Positions 24,601-38,700 of a stretch of DNA of 64,000 nt are shown in pieces. The notes beneath the pieces were generated by a model. That model saw only the letters and a program-made list of their open reading frames with translations. It was not told the DNA's origin and made no database searches. The position numbers and the translations under genes were made by a program. The DNA is from Antedon mediterranea (lineage: Eukaryota > Animalia > Echinodermata), in the NCBI RefSeq assembly GCF_964355755.1, contig NC_092676.1:24570871-24634870 (forward strand), given 5' to 3'. Positions within the stretch are counted from its first letter, which is position 1. Every line of letters begins with the position of its first letter.

Positions 24601-27296
24601 GCGATTCACCTGTGACGTCACAGTAATTTACGGCGACGGCTGTATGGCGAGCGCGTGCGGCGATATCCTAAATCTCGCAATGGTTCTGAAATCATATGTA
24701 CATCCCTAATACGTTGTTAAAACATGGTCCTCGGTCAAGTTGTCCTTTAATAAATATTAGTAAACGATAAATATTTTGGTGGCACATATATCATACTTAT
24801 ACTACTTGGAGCTCGTTCAGACAAAAATCGAAAAGCATAATTGGGGTTGGATCAGCTACAGTGACTTAGAGTACTTAAGTTGACCCTGGTCTCGTAGTCC
24901 CCATTTTTGTAAATACTGAAAAGGACGGAATAGATAATGGAATGAAATGTATTAATAGAGTAAAACCACAGATCATAACCGTGATTTTATCTACTTCTCA
25001 CTTCATGTACGCTACATTAACATTATTACACATACACTTACCATATTTACATAATGGAAGACCATAGCAATGCAATAGCTAAGTGTTGCTATACTGAATA
25101 ACCATACTTCAGGCCAGCAAATTACATGACGTGTTGCGGTGGGTTCTCTCTTTGTTATCTTATTCTTAGTGTCTTTATCTTCAATATTATGGTCACACAC
25201 TTTTTTACTAGCCAAAAATGAGCAGCAGATTGTTTCCACTACAAGAAGGATTAAAGCAAATATACGGAATGTCCATCTCCACCCGATTTGTTGGATGACG
25301 TATTCAATCAGGTTGCTCATAGATAGGTTTCCTGAATAATCGTAAAACAAGTTTTAATGTTGGTTTGTATATGAACTAACCTACGTACTTACAAGATAAT
25401 TAATAAATCATGTGGTAGTCATCAAATTTTCTTTAAAAATGAAAACTTTTAAAATTAATAAATCATGTGGTAGTCATCAAATTTCCTTAAAAAAACAAAA
25501 ACTTTTATGCATTTGAATAGACTAATTTCATTCATCAATGTAAATGTCAGTGAATACAAAACGTGCAATTATTATTTCAAATGGGTACAGGTTTGAAGAA
25601 TTGCAAATCAGTAGATAGGCCTAAATTACAACGTAATAGTAGTGCCTATAACAGAATATAGTAACTTGTAGCATCCGTAATCAATTAACCTTATTTTTGG
25701 AACTTTAATACAACAATAGGGAGCTTTCGCTTACAACGACCACAGGATATAATATAGGCCTATCATTCATTTTTGTCGAAAGCGTGGTTTCCACTGGAAC
25801 GCAACGCAGCGACTTATTGACGCAAAGTGCTGTATTGCGTTTAATCAAATGGGAACCGACGACGTAACAGTGCTGCAAACATCGCTACAGCGAGTTCCCA
25901 CTAGAACGCAACGTACAAGTGTTGTACTCAAAAGTACGCGGTGAACCAGGTCAATGTTTACGGCATGCTAACGTTGATGCGCAACAAGCAGGTTTGATTT
26001 CACGCAGGCGGGGGCAAATACAATTATTGGAAGGACATTTTGTTACGTTTCGTGGGTTACGTTGAGTCGCGTCGCTTGTGGGAACCACGCTAATGTCGAC
26101 GTCCAGCCCTGTGAAATCGTAAACACAAGACATGATAAAATGCGTATGGTACGTGAATAATAATCCAAGGTGATCTGGACCAATTGACGAAATTGGTCCG
26201 ACGACTTAAAAAAAATGGAAAGAATGAACTCCATAATGACGTCACAAAATAGAAAACGTTTTCATTTCATCTTACCAATTGTAGCGCCAAGTCCTACCAT
26301 AGTAAGTGCACTGGCTCTCCATTTATCTTGATATAAAATTACTTGAGTTTCTATGGTAACAACTAAAGCAACGTTTGAACTCCATCCAAAGAATACGCCG
26401 TAAGAAACGATCACGTATACAATTGTCGGCGAAAAGGAAGACACAAGTAGCGATACGCTTCCGGTTAAGACGCCAATCATTCCCACTGTGCGGTATGACA
26501 GATGACGAAGCATCCATGTTGTTAAGATCGAACCAAATGTAAAGAAACAGTAACTAAGGGATCCAATCCAACCTATGAAGAAAAACAACAACATATCGTA
26601 TCTTGTTAATTTATATTGATTGTGAATAATACTATACACTGTTTAAAATATTTATATTATATTTATTAATTAATTTAATTTATGAATTGATAACGTAATT
26701 TCTAACAGTAACTAATTGATCCGATCTAACCTATGAAAAAAAAACTGGTATCGTATCTTGTTTTTGAACGTGCTTAAGTTTAGTAGCATACGTATGAAAC
26801 GCCATATGTGCCAAAATAATTATATTGATTCTGATTATACTCTGTTTAAAATAGTTTATGCATTGATAATGTAATTATAACAGAATGTAAGATTTTAATT
26901 ATAATATAAAATGTCATCAAGTTTATGCAACCATCTAGAATTTTAACTTAAATTTAATCTAACTTTGGAGCACACTAATAACATTTAGTTGATAACATTA
27001 CTGGGTATAACCTCCGGTGTTACTTTGCAAAGGAGAAATTAATTAGGTCACTCTTCCCTGTATGAATGTGACTGTTTCTACTAAAAAATACCTGTTATAG
27101 CAGCACTACTGTGGAACGTTTGCATCAACTCATCGAAAAACAGTCCGAAATTGTACAAAAATCCGATATGAACAAAATTTAATAATGCACAAAATATAGT
27201 TTTAATCCACCGGTTGTGACTCAAGTTACAGGAACAAGTACAGCTAAGGCATTTATCGGCTTCTTCACTCTGCTTGTGGACGTGGTCGCACCTCAT
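21650..27296 (-). CDS. SLC16/monocarboxylate-transporter-like MFS protein, paralog 2 (6 coding exons, ~460 aa)
   Basis: Exons 27296-27092, 26572-26276, 25331-25042, 24231-24006, 23205-23062, 21870-21650; total 1383 nt. Same intron positions and phases as paralog 1, with identical exon sizes of 297, 226 and 144 nt. Confidence 0.85.
22117..22514. mobile_element. Harbinger-type MITE (GGCCCATTTACACTAGG TIR), abutting a second MITE at 21960-22113
   Basis: taa|ggcccatttacactaggacgataacaatcgacga ... tcgtcgattgttatc..cctagtgtaaatgggcc; long internal palindrome. Confidence 0.75.
23325..23675. mobile_element. Two adjacent Harbinger-type MITEs (23325-23531 and 23561-23675), AGCGTGGTTCCCACTA TIR, TAA TSD
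   Basis: Both are flanked by TAA on each side. Related copies at ~25780-26091, 34250-34405, 35065-35185, 39117-39260 and 42855-43090. Confidence 0.8.
24333..24746. mobile_element. Kolobok-like palindromic MITE (TTAA|AGGACAACT...AGTTGTCCT|TTAA)
   Basis: ~125-bp GC-rich inverted arms (ggatatcgccgcacgcgctcgcc...tgtgacgtcacaggt) with TTAA on both flanks. Confidence 0.8.
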
Positions 27297-29224
27297 TTTG
27301 TTTTTCTGTATATCAACTTAGCATCACTGAATGTGTGAGTGCTCTGCATACATGGTTATTTCCCTTTAAAAAAAATAAAGATAATTTTTAGTTCACAGTG
27401 AATAGGAAATAATTGTCATGTATTTGTCACTATCGTTTACGTCATGACAGGAAGAAGCATTTCTGGCACAAAATGTTTTTAAACTTATACCTGTTTATTT
27501 TCTGTACGTCTGCTTCTGTGAAACAATTCAAAGAGTTGTATCATTCTTTAGCTGCGGATCCTACCTGGCCACCTTTCAGTCTTATCTTTTATAAATCAAA
27601 AGAAAAATTTAGAATATAGGCCTTATGCAGTTGGAATGACGCAATAAACAACCTTGTCATTAATTCTGAAATATATATATATATATATAAATAAATAATA
27701 AAGACGCTAGTAAATTACCAACTAGATTTATAGATTTATATAATGTAATGTTTCAGGGTGAACTGATAAATCGAGTAGCAAGCAGTGAGTTGTATTCCCC
27801 CTGTATAGGCCTCTAGGAAAATCCATATCAATGTCATTGCACGAACGCAGCGTGTGATAAACGATAACAAACAATCGAAAATGATTGTTTCCTTTAATAC
27901 AAAAAAACCCCTAACAATTGATATGTTATCGTTGGACTTTGTTTCCATTGTAGGCTGCTATGTGTATGCATAATTCCCGGCATAATTGCACAATATAAAA
28001 TATATATATTTGATTTACTGCAGTGGAGTAAAAGGTTGAAGATGACGTGACCTGGGTGTCAAATTCCACATATATTATCCGTATCTAATCTATCGCATTA
28101 TTGTCCTTCAATTCCATTGTTAGGCCTACATTAATGAATCAAAATATGTATTGATTTTAATGAAACGGATAAAAAAGCATGATACCTACCTTTGAATAGA
28201 AAATGACCTGTGTATTAAACTAACACTACAGTACAGTGCAATTAGATCACATGCCTCCTCTGCTGTGTATATAATTAATATATATGCAGTACTATTATAT
28301 TTAATACCAGCAATTTAATTTAATATTTAATAGATGTACTTACAATACAAGTATTTACTTGCACTAGGCTACGCATCTATCCATCATCTATCGTCACTGT
28401 ACGCTTCCTCAACCATGCTGCTCCGTATTTAACAATATGTCTTTGTTGTATTGCACTGTATACCAGATTGTGTTAAGAGGACAGAAACCATTTTTTAAAA
28501 CGTTAATTCAGACAATCGTATGTTCTCTACCTCACTCACATAACGGGCCTTGGTCAGCAGATGTTTACACAACCTTGTAACTCTGTACAATGAGGGCGGC
28601 CTTAAACTTATCAAGACTACAGTACCTTGACTTGATTATTATTAACCTGGGCCTATTATTCGTTTCGTAAAGGAAACCTGAATCATTCATTATTTCATTT
28701 ACCTTATTGAATATGCAAGCCGTGCGAACGGCCTAAGAGTAAGACGATTACTTTTTGACTGGGTGAAGTCGTCAAAACAAACGTCCATATAATCATCCCA
28801 TGACTCTCTCACTGAAGGCTAGCCCTACTATGATTTTTATTAAAATATGTTAATTAGGTATGATTATTGCTGAATTATAAACTGATTGAATTGAACGACC
28901 TGCCATTTACAGTAGAATAACAATAATATTGCTCATAGCAATTTTACGATGCGGATGAATAAATTATCACAAATCAACAATAATAAATAATAATAAATGC
29001 TCGTTTTAGAACAAGAATTAATTAAGGCGGCCTATGGAGATAGATAAGGTGTTAACAAACTTTGGAGAAAGCGGTCCATACGCAGAGTCTACCACTGGTA
29101 TTGTATGCTGACGTTGTCTGTGGCGTTCCACCACCTGGCACAGGTGTTTCTAGCCGGTAATGCTGATGGTGCACCACGCAGCTAGATTGCAGTGAGTTTG
29201 TATACGATTCTTGTGATGACGTTT

Positions 29225-29845
29225 ACTGGGGTAGACCAGCAGCAGACAAAGGAGGCAAATGTTAACTAACAACAAGATAGGAACTTTTAACAGTCCTTTG
29301 ATATGCTGCGAGACGGTCAGTCCAGTACTGATCGTATTTGTCGCAGCCATCAAGATCACAGTTAAACTCTTTGTCCGGAGCTCAGAATCCTGTTGCTAGT
29401 GTCTAATAAGACATTGCATTTATACTTATAATACGGCCGGTGCCGAATAATAGTTCAATCACTGATCATTTTTAACGTTTACGTCACTATTACCAGTAGT
29501 ATTAAGGTCTGTCTACACATCGAACTTTATGTGACTGGGGTAGACCAGCAGCAGACAGGAGGCAAATGTTAACTAACAACAAGATAGGAACTTTTAACAG
29601 TCCTTTGATATGCTGCGAGACGGTCAGTACAGTACTGATCGTATTTGTCGCAGCCATATCAAAGATCACAGATAAACTCTTTGTCCGGAGCTCAGAATCC
29701 TGTTGCTAGTGTCTAATAAGACATTGCATTTATACTTACAATACGGCTGGTGCCGAATAATAGTTCAATCACTGATCATTTTTAACGTTTACGTCACTAT
29801 TACCAGTAGTATTAAGGTCTGTCTACACATCGAACTTTATGTGAC
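29225..29845. repeat. ~310-bp direct tandem duplication
   Basis: actggggtagaccagcagcagaca...cgaactttatgtgac at 29225-29533 and 29534-29845, near identical, with AC microhomology at the junction. Confidence 0.9.
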
Positions 29846-31559
29846 AAAAAATGTTGTTATAGATGTCATATTACTATTTGGGCAAATCACTACCATATTT
29901 GGGCACATCAAACTAGACAGTTTGATAAAACAGAGTTTTACACCAGAGGCCTACAGTGGTATTCTGTGCCGTTTTTCTGCTCTCAATGAAATGAACATTA
30001 ATTTTGATATTATTTAGGCTAATGCATTGATTTTTGTTGTGCCAAAATATTTTTGATTCATTTTGTATATAGGGTACTATTGTAAATGACTTATTTTGGT
30101 CTATCCCTGGGTACATCGGAGCTTGGCAGCCCAGCTTACCTGGCTAGTCTCGTCACAATAGATCGTTTTGGCCGACGGAGTTTAGTTCCATGATGATTCT
30201 GGAGGAGTATCATATGCTCATACTATTTTTATTGGTAATTTTTCAATTTTGTTATAATAAAAAAACGTTATAATGTCGGACAAAAATACACAGCTACAAC
30301 GTGTAAAAGCGGTTGTTACAGCTATATTATATCTTTGACTCCGAAGAAAAAAAATGTCTTAACAAATATTATTTGAGGAAGAAAAAGAATTTGATCAGAA
30401 TCAGATTTATGGAAAATATCCAACTCATCTTTCCACAAATGCAACACAAGCGACTGGAAATTGAGACTATATAAAGGTCAAGGTGTAAATGTGTTTATTA
30501 TGGACAAATGGAAAACACGCGTGATTTGTGTGGTTTGAAAAATATTTTAGAAACATCATTTAAAAACCGATACTATTTTCAGATGTGTTGTTGTTTATGA
30601 TCGCACATAAAGATATAATTGATGCCTCATGATTTTATGAAACAAATCAGAATTCTTATTGTGAATGCATTTTATTACTAGACTTAGCCTAGGCTTGTGA
30701 TACATTGAAATGACTCCCCTGAACGAAACGTTCTCAGCGGCGAAGAATGAGTTGAAATTGCCATCCTCCGGTATAATTATCTAGCGCTAGCTAGTCAAGC
30801 CGTACAGTGGTTATTTCATTTTCAAATAGTCCTTAGGTAAATGTACATATATGTATTTATAAATGAATTAAATTACTTTCTATTTGTTTAATTACCTTTT
30901 AATACATACATTTTTGGGAGAAACTTGTAAATAAATTACCCAGCCTAGGCCAGGGCCAAAAAACCCATCATAATATATAATAAGGCCCTAATAATATAAA
31001 ATGATGATTCTGCCTCCAAGTCCTACTTAGCTAAAATTGGTATGCCTACATTATAGTCTAGTGGTGTACTGTGGCTTCTACATACAGGTGGTCTACTCAT
31101 TCAACCCTCTAATTTTCTAACTTTGATTTAATTTTAAGTGTACTGTACTTCTTAATTAATCAACCTTTTTTCTATAATTTTAAACAGATCCTGGTGTAAT
31201 CCGTGTAATTGTAGCTATGATCGGGAAATTTTGCATAACAACAGCTTTTGCTACTCTGTTCCTATACTCTGCTGAAATATTTCCAACACCAGTCAGGTAA
31301 ACAATTGTGAAGAAAATATTATTGAATAAAGGTACAAAGTCTGGGTCTAGGAATTTGTCCAGATTCATAGTATAACCAAATGTGTGCTGGTTTAAGATAT
31401 ATTATATATAACATATAAAATGTTTTCGTTCAGTAATTTTTGTGTGAATTGGCTCACTTTTGGCATTACATTAAAACACTAAGCTAATAAATAACACTAT
31501 GATACAGCAAAAATAAAAATAATAAATCTATACGTTTTATTATTATTTTATGTCTTCAG

Positions 31560-31820
31560 GCAATGTGGCCAAGGATTACCAAGAGTAAATTAATCATATT
31601 CCAATCAGATAGGTGGTAATACCCTTGGTACAGTGGCTATTTTGTGAACCAGTTCACCGGGGTATCGCCATAATCTTCTTGAATAATCAACTGGGTTCTT
31701 TAAAGTGCACACAGGTTAAATTTGTGTACATGGGACCTACAGTTATAGTCCTTATCTGAGAAGACTTGTTCCACCACCAGAACTAGGAGTGAGTCGGCCT
31801 CGAACCCTTGCCGATTTTGT
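31560..31820 (-). mobile_element. Deu-domain tRNA-derived SINE
   Basis: Reverse complement of the copy at 39850-40170, with B-box-like GGTTCGAGGCC on the minus strand. Confidence 0.7.
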
Positions 31821-32264
31821 TCTTTATAAATTAGCTCTCCTTATACTAAATTTTTTAATGATTAATTTCCACCCTCACCCTCTTTTTTTTTTATTTAACA
31901 CAGGAGTGCAGGCATGGGACTAGCTTCAATGTGTGGTCGTCTAGGAAGTATTCTTTCACCTTAGCTTTGTATATGGCTGATTGGTGGCAGCCTTTACCCT
32001 TTGTGCTATTTAGCTCGCTGTCTGTCAGCGGTGGTTTAATTTGTTTACTTCTTCCGGAAACCATGGGAACACATTTACCAAAAACATTACAAGATGGAGA
32101 AGAGTTTGCTTCGTAAGTATTATTTATAAATTTAGCAGCTTTTTATTGTATAATAATAATATCTTGGATTTATAAAGTGCCTAATGCTGAACCTCTAAGC
32201 GCTGAACATATTAATTATTATTACCGCAGTCATTTTTGGAACAAATGCTTGGAAACATACTTCC

Positions 32265-32648
32265 ATAATGCAGCTAGGCCTACCCATAATTTGTAGACCT
32301 GGGTGGTGAAAGATAATGCAGCTAGGCCTACCCATAATTTGTAGACCTGGGTGGTGAAAGATAATGCAGCTAGGCCTACCCATAATTTGTAGACCTGGGT
32401 GGTGAAAGATAATGCAGCTAGGCCTACCCATAATTTGTAGACCTGGGTGGTGAAAGATAATGCAGCTAGGCCTACCCATAATTTGTAGACCTGGGTGGTG
32501 AAAGATAATGCAGCTAGGCCTACCCATAATTTGTAGACCTGGGTGGTGAAAGATAATGCAGCTAGGCCTACCCATAATTTGTAGACCTGGGTGGTGAAAG
32601 ATAATGCAGCTAGGCCTACCCATAATTTGTAGACCTGGGTGGTGAAAG
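32265..32648. repeat. Perfect 48-bp minisatellite x8
   Basis: ataatgcagctaggcctacccataatttgtagacctgggtggtgaaag repeated 8 times (384 bp). Confidence 0.97.
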
Positions 32649-35600
32649 GCAAATGTAAGTAAAGTGTCCCAAAGCTTAAGAATTGTTGCTCTGCCATTAT
32701 ATACCACTGTTTGTTTAATCAACAAGTGTCTGATCTGATAAACTCTTTCCACGGTCCCAATATTTTGAGTCATACTAAGTCTACTACTGTAACTTGTTGC
32801 AGTTTCTCTTAATAGTTTGAACAATATTATTTTATTATGCTATTAAACTTTGTACAAATGGAACAAAATCTTATTGTTTAAGCTAGTACAAGGAGCTCTG
32901 ATATGCCTAATATTTGTAATACTGCCCTCTGTAGTTTGGTGATATATTCCTAATTTCTTTAAATAGCTCCCTCTCTTTTTTGGCCATGGATCTAAGTTAG
33001 TACCTCCAATAATATCTACGGTAGGCTCATGTGTATAACCATTTTCCCATTAAATACAATAACTTGTGACTATTGTTACAAGTTAAAAAAAATTACTTTT
33101 TTGCCTTTGTACAACATAATAAGCCTATTATTGTGTTTACTTTATTTATATTTAATAGAAACTCATCGAATAGCATGGAGATGTATGTTACTAAAAATAA
33201 ACCCGAAGATTTGTAGCTTTGTGTCTTTGTATTCAACTAATTTAAATACAAACCGAAAAAGGAATAATTTACTATATAAGATACTGTATACGTACAAGTT
33301 CATGAACAATAGGACCTGGTAAGGAATCTAATTTTTTCCTACATACAATTGCACAATTTATTACAATTTTCGAATCGTGTATGATTCCACCAATTTACCA
33401 ATTTTTAAATATCATTATATACAATAATTTACTGTACAAAATCTCGCTGTCTCAGTTGATTAGAAATGGGTCAATTGTCGAAATTCAGTATGCATTGCCA
33501 GTTTTGTCTTTTTGATTTAGTTTCAAATAAGATAATAAATCCATCCCAATGCAATCCTGTCATTTTCACTGTTGCGTCAAGTCGTAGTATAATTATAATG
33601 TTGTCGCATAAAAAAAGTTAAACTCTAATCGGCCTTGAAGAAGATTTATTTGTGCAGGTTACGATACTGTATGCTTATTTTAACCCAATGTCTGTTCCCC
33701 CTTGCAATATGAAGAGAATATAAGTGGAAAAATTTACAAAAAATGGGACTCTCCTAAGAAACGAAAGACATCACTCTTGTAAGAAGAATACAAAAACAAT
33801 AACTAGACAGACAAACATATATTTTATGTCAAAATACAACTTCGCTGACTACTGGCTGCAACATTATGGGTATATATTATTTCCAGACATGTTCGTTTCG
33901 AAACATGATCGGGGTAATAATGTAAAGCGCAGAGTTTTGTGGATTAAGCGTCATATAAGATCGACGTATTATTATTATTATAAAGTAGAACACCTTTTTA
34001 GATAAAAACTTTGAAAAACATATGAAACACTTCCTTGTTGCTTTAAAATAAAATATTTTTTTTTTATTATCAAGGCACATTTGTACTGATATATTAAAAA
34101 ACCAAAAGAATTCCGTTATCACGTGATAATACGTATTATGGCTAAACAATCTATCTACAAAAACATTTAATGATCTAAGGATAATAAAAAAATGTAAACA
34201 TACATATTATTTAATATACACTGTTTGGTTTTTACAGTAAGAACCCTAACCCTTGGTTCTTATGGGACGCAACGCAAGGACGTAGACACAACGCAGGCGT
34301 GTTGACCAATGACAAGCGAAAGTTCGAATAATACATCGCTTGTGATTGGTAAAATACCTTACGTTGCGTTACGTGGTTGTGTTACGTCTCCAGTGGGAAC
34401 CAAGCATAACATTCAAGTGTCCACATAAAGCTTGGTTCCCACTAGAACGTAACGCAAGGATGTAAACGAAACGCATGAGTGTCCCCTTAAATATACAGCG
34501 CTGAATATAGTCTGGCCGTAGTACAACACTCCATTTCTCCTCATTCGTTTGACAGTATTCCCTAAATGCCCAAAGGAGAGGCTCTACTGTGTACAATTTG
34601 AATATAAATCTAGGCCATCGACTATGTACTGTAAATCATTTTCCACTAAAATACATAATATTCAACTATTTCAGTTATATTGTATTTATGAATTCAAACA
34701 AAATAGACAGATATGTACTGTTTTATTGTCTTCACTCCGATCATTAATCAGCCATAAAGCGTCAATTTCGACGTTATTTATAGTTATTATTGCTTGTAAA
34801 AAATAATGTTACAGATCCCTTTATAAGGTGTCCTAAAAAATACGTCTCCTATGCGTCGTTAGTTAACAATAACTAGCAAAATAAGATTTTATGACTGTAA
34901 ACATTTTGCCAATTCAATGCTGTCAAAAGTAGCAATGCCTGCCAGGAGCATGCAAAGTGCCTAAGTCCAGTTAGAACTAGTGTGCGTGTGTTGATATGAG
35001 TAACTAAATTCCCAACATACAATTGAACCATAAAAGGGACCATTGCCTCTAACAGACACTCCCGCTTGGTACCCACTAAACGCAACGCAAGCGTGTTGAC
35101 CAATGACAAGCGACAGTTCGAATAATTCATCGCTTGTGATTGGTCAACTTACGTTGCGTTGTTGCGTCTCTAGTGGGAACCAAGCATTGGCGCGCGTACA
35201 CATTTTATTTTAAATACGTTAAATCATATAGTGAACCAACTTATCTCAAACAATTAATAAAATACATTTCAGTGGCTGGAAAATGAGGTCACTCTTATGG
35301 ATATATCAAAATATCCGACCCCTATTTCCGATCATCTAGTAAGAAGACACATTCCTTGAACTGTCATCAGACAATGATTCAAATTTGATTAATTGTCGCC
35401 GGATGTTATCTTATTATTTTAGGCATGTAAATATCCTTGCACAGTACAAAATTGCATAAGTAATATTTCCCTATTATACTGGAAGACGTGCCTGTTAAAA
35501 TAGGTCATATATTCGGCGTCGGCATACATTTATCTGCGGATTGGATGCGAATCATTATAAATTTCCTAATACCATAAGCCAATTCAAATTTGACATAAGT

Positions 35601-35727
35601 AATATTTCCCTATATACTGGAAGACGTGCCCTTTAAAATAGATTGTTATACATTACAACAATCATATGTATAGGCCTATTCATCGTCAGCATAAATGTAA
35701 AATTAGTAACTTGATGTTTTAAGACCT

Positions 35728-38700
35728 TTAAACGGCAGAATAATCTTCTTTTGTTTTCTCGTGTTCTTTCCTAGATAATTAAGAAAAAACATCAATTACA
35801 ATTTACATCAAAATGTGCTATTATTTTACAATATTTTGACCTGTTGACCTATGTTAATACATGGATATGTCAACACTTATCGCGTTGAAGTTAATAAGGT
35901 TTTTGCAAATAGCTTGATTTCGCGAGGAACGTAATTGTACAGTGCATGATGGGAAGGGGTTGGGAGCAAACATCACGACGCGTACATACAAACCTATCTT
36001 GTACGTAAGCGTCGTGACGTTTACTATAAAACCCTTCCCACCATGCGTCGCGCGCGCTATTTGCGATAAACCTTATTAGGAATTGACGACCGTGAATATG
36101 AAGCGCGCTATTTGCGATAATGAGAGGAAAACAACATCGCATACTTACAATCCAATTTCCTTTCCTTCTTGCATTGTTTCTGGTAATTTCTTACCCATAG
36201 TTTCCGGTAAAAGTAAACACAGCAATCCACCACTCAGGGACATAGAACTAAATAACACTAGGGGTAGCGGCTCCCACCACTGCTTCATGTACAGTGCAAA
36301 TGGTGATACTATGCTACCCAAACGACCGGACATTGATGCTAATCCCATACCCGCGCTCCTGAAATAAATTTAATTTTTAATATAAATTTTACCTGACTAT
36401 TTGAGTTACTAAACAATTATTTTTGAATTTTCTTGTATGAAAAGGGTTTTGATGTCAATATTAAACAGTGAATATGATCGTCCTTTGTAGCAGATTTCTA
36501 GAGCAGCTAATACGAAAAATCCCTTCTTTATAATCCGATATTTTCACCATAATATAATCTGCCAAATGTACGCACAAAATATTTAATTTTGGATGTCAGA
36601 TATTAATTATTACCATTGTGTTATTATATAGTGTCATTACGAATTGCATATTTTATATGGCCCTATGTGATCTTTCTGAACCTTCCAATTTGTATTAGTT
36701 TAGCTAGGCCTGCACATTTTACATGTAATTTAATGTTTACCTGACTGGTGTGGGAAATAGTTCAGCTGAGTAAATATACACAATGCCAAACGCCGACGTA
36801 AGTCCGAATTTTCCAATCATTGCTACAATCAGACGAATTATTCCAGGCTCTGATAATAAATAATAAAAATGTTGTGATTATATACTTATTTAAGTTAAGA
36901 AACTATGAGAAATACCTAAAGACTGTAGAGAATCATATTTTGGCTTATAGGCCTATAGGCTAAAGTATAGATAACCGATTTTTAATATGATTTAGTGACA
37001 TTCCAATATTTTAATACAGTATAACCAATCAATAGAGGTGAAGCATACGGTTTTTGATTGGTCACTCGCAGACACCTCGCAGTGAACTACTGTACTTCCA
37101 CTGGTCGCATCATGGAGGAAATGGTATTTCCTCCATGCTCACATATAAACAGTCAAGAGTTTAAGGAGATGATCTTCTAATTATCAACTCAAAACAGTCC
37201 AATCGAATACGAATATGACCTATCATGACGATTGAACTCGAAAATTATAAACGTTGTTAAACCAACTCACATACAAACATAAACATCAAGTAATATACTT
37301 GGCAAATGCTTTTAAGTATTTTGCCAAGTACTTTAGGCCTATGACTCACCAAAGAAAATCGTTAAAAAGCAAGCTACCCCTCCGGTTATCATGACTATAG
37401 ACAAAATGATTCGTCTACCAAAATAGTCAATGGCTAGAATACTAATGATATAGGCAGGGATTTCTATTAATCCAGACAGCATAAATGCGATGTAAGGATC
37501 GATACCAAGATCCGATGTGCTCAGTGATAATCCATAGTAAACCATTACGATAACCAACCTAGTATATACGATTGAAAGATTAGTTGAATATTATTTATAA
37601 ACAAACAAACAATGTGTTGGTGTACTGTGGATAAGGCAATCTAACAACAATGCTGAGCTCCGGAGATTAAAGAGTTACTATTTATCTGTGGCTGCGACAC
37701 GATCTGCCACAGACACGTTGCGCGCCGCGGAGAATATGTACATAGTACAGTATTGTTGGTATTTGTCGCAGCCAGACAAGATCAAATCAAAGAACTAAGA
37801 GTTCCTATCTTTTCAAGGCGAGTCCTATTGTCAGATTGCATTGCCGGAACCCAGAATCGCCGTATGCGCACAATGAATTAGGTTCTGTGCTGTAGGCTTA
37901 ACTATGTCGTCGTTATCAAATTAAGGCCAATTTACACAGCCGAGCGGCAACGGTAAGCGGAAACCCGCGTAGCTTGTACCACATAGAATCTGAGCAGCAG
38001 CAGCGTTGTGTGTAAATGGTCATAAGGAATACGGTAACATAGATTTACCGTAATTATTACCGTTAACCGCCCGTCTGTGTAAATTGGCCTTTATACCACC
38101 CTATTTAAGTAGAAAGACAATGAAAAAGATCTACGACAGACCAATGTAACCAGCAGTTCATCATTCATCGGAAATTGATTATTCGGATTTAAAAAAGATT
38201 ACAAAAAACTGCTCACCAGTTGTACATTATATTCAGCGTTCTATTTATAAGTACTCTGGTTTTGAATAAGTCTAGAAATGTGTGTTTCTTCATGTTACCA
38301 TCTTGGTTCTAGAATGAATTAAAATACTGTAAAACAATAATCATCGTAGTTATATACAGTAGAATCCTTCCGTTGGGACATGCTTATTATTACGGCGGCC
38401 GGGGAAACTTTTCCGTGAAACGCAAACGTCACGACGCGTACATACAAACAACAAATCACGTGCGTATACGTCGTGACGTTTACTCTCAAACCCTTCCCAC
38501 CATGCGTCGCGCACGCTATTTGCGATCAACCTTATTTATGAATTGACGATCGTGAATGAATGCGCACGAGGAGAAATACGGTAGACTACACACTGACCCA
38601 CCTATCCAGAGGACACCGTCCCTAAGGCGACACTGGGTCCCAGAGGACACTGACCCAATTCAGAAGACACTAATCCTATGTCCAAAACGTGTCATCTAAT

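Larger units (their letters stand above)
29034..32112 (+). pseudogene. Inverted SLC22-like pseudogene: partial exon 1 plus exons 8 and 9; exons 2-7 not found
   Basis: 29034-29247 reads [43 protein letters not shown] with deletions. Exon 31188-31296 (109 nt, YSAEIFPTPVR). Exon 31904-32112 is 209 nt versus 210 in the paralogs, with a frameshift near 31960. Confidence 0.8.

Noticed and set aside
25398-25510. 55-bp direct repeat, and similar short duplications at 35449/35587
   Set aside because: Ordinary local duplications in non-coding DNA with no further structure.
29225-29845. Retrozyme (~300-bp tandem unit with hammerhead ribozyme)
   Set aside because: No CUGAnGA/GAAA core seen on either strand; the unit is explained by exon and MITE fragments.
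32195-32824. 209-aa and 155-aa repetitive ORFs
   Set aside because: By-product of a 48-bp stop-free repeat unit; no splice or homology support.
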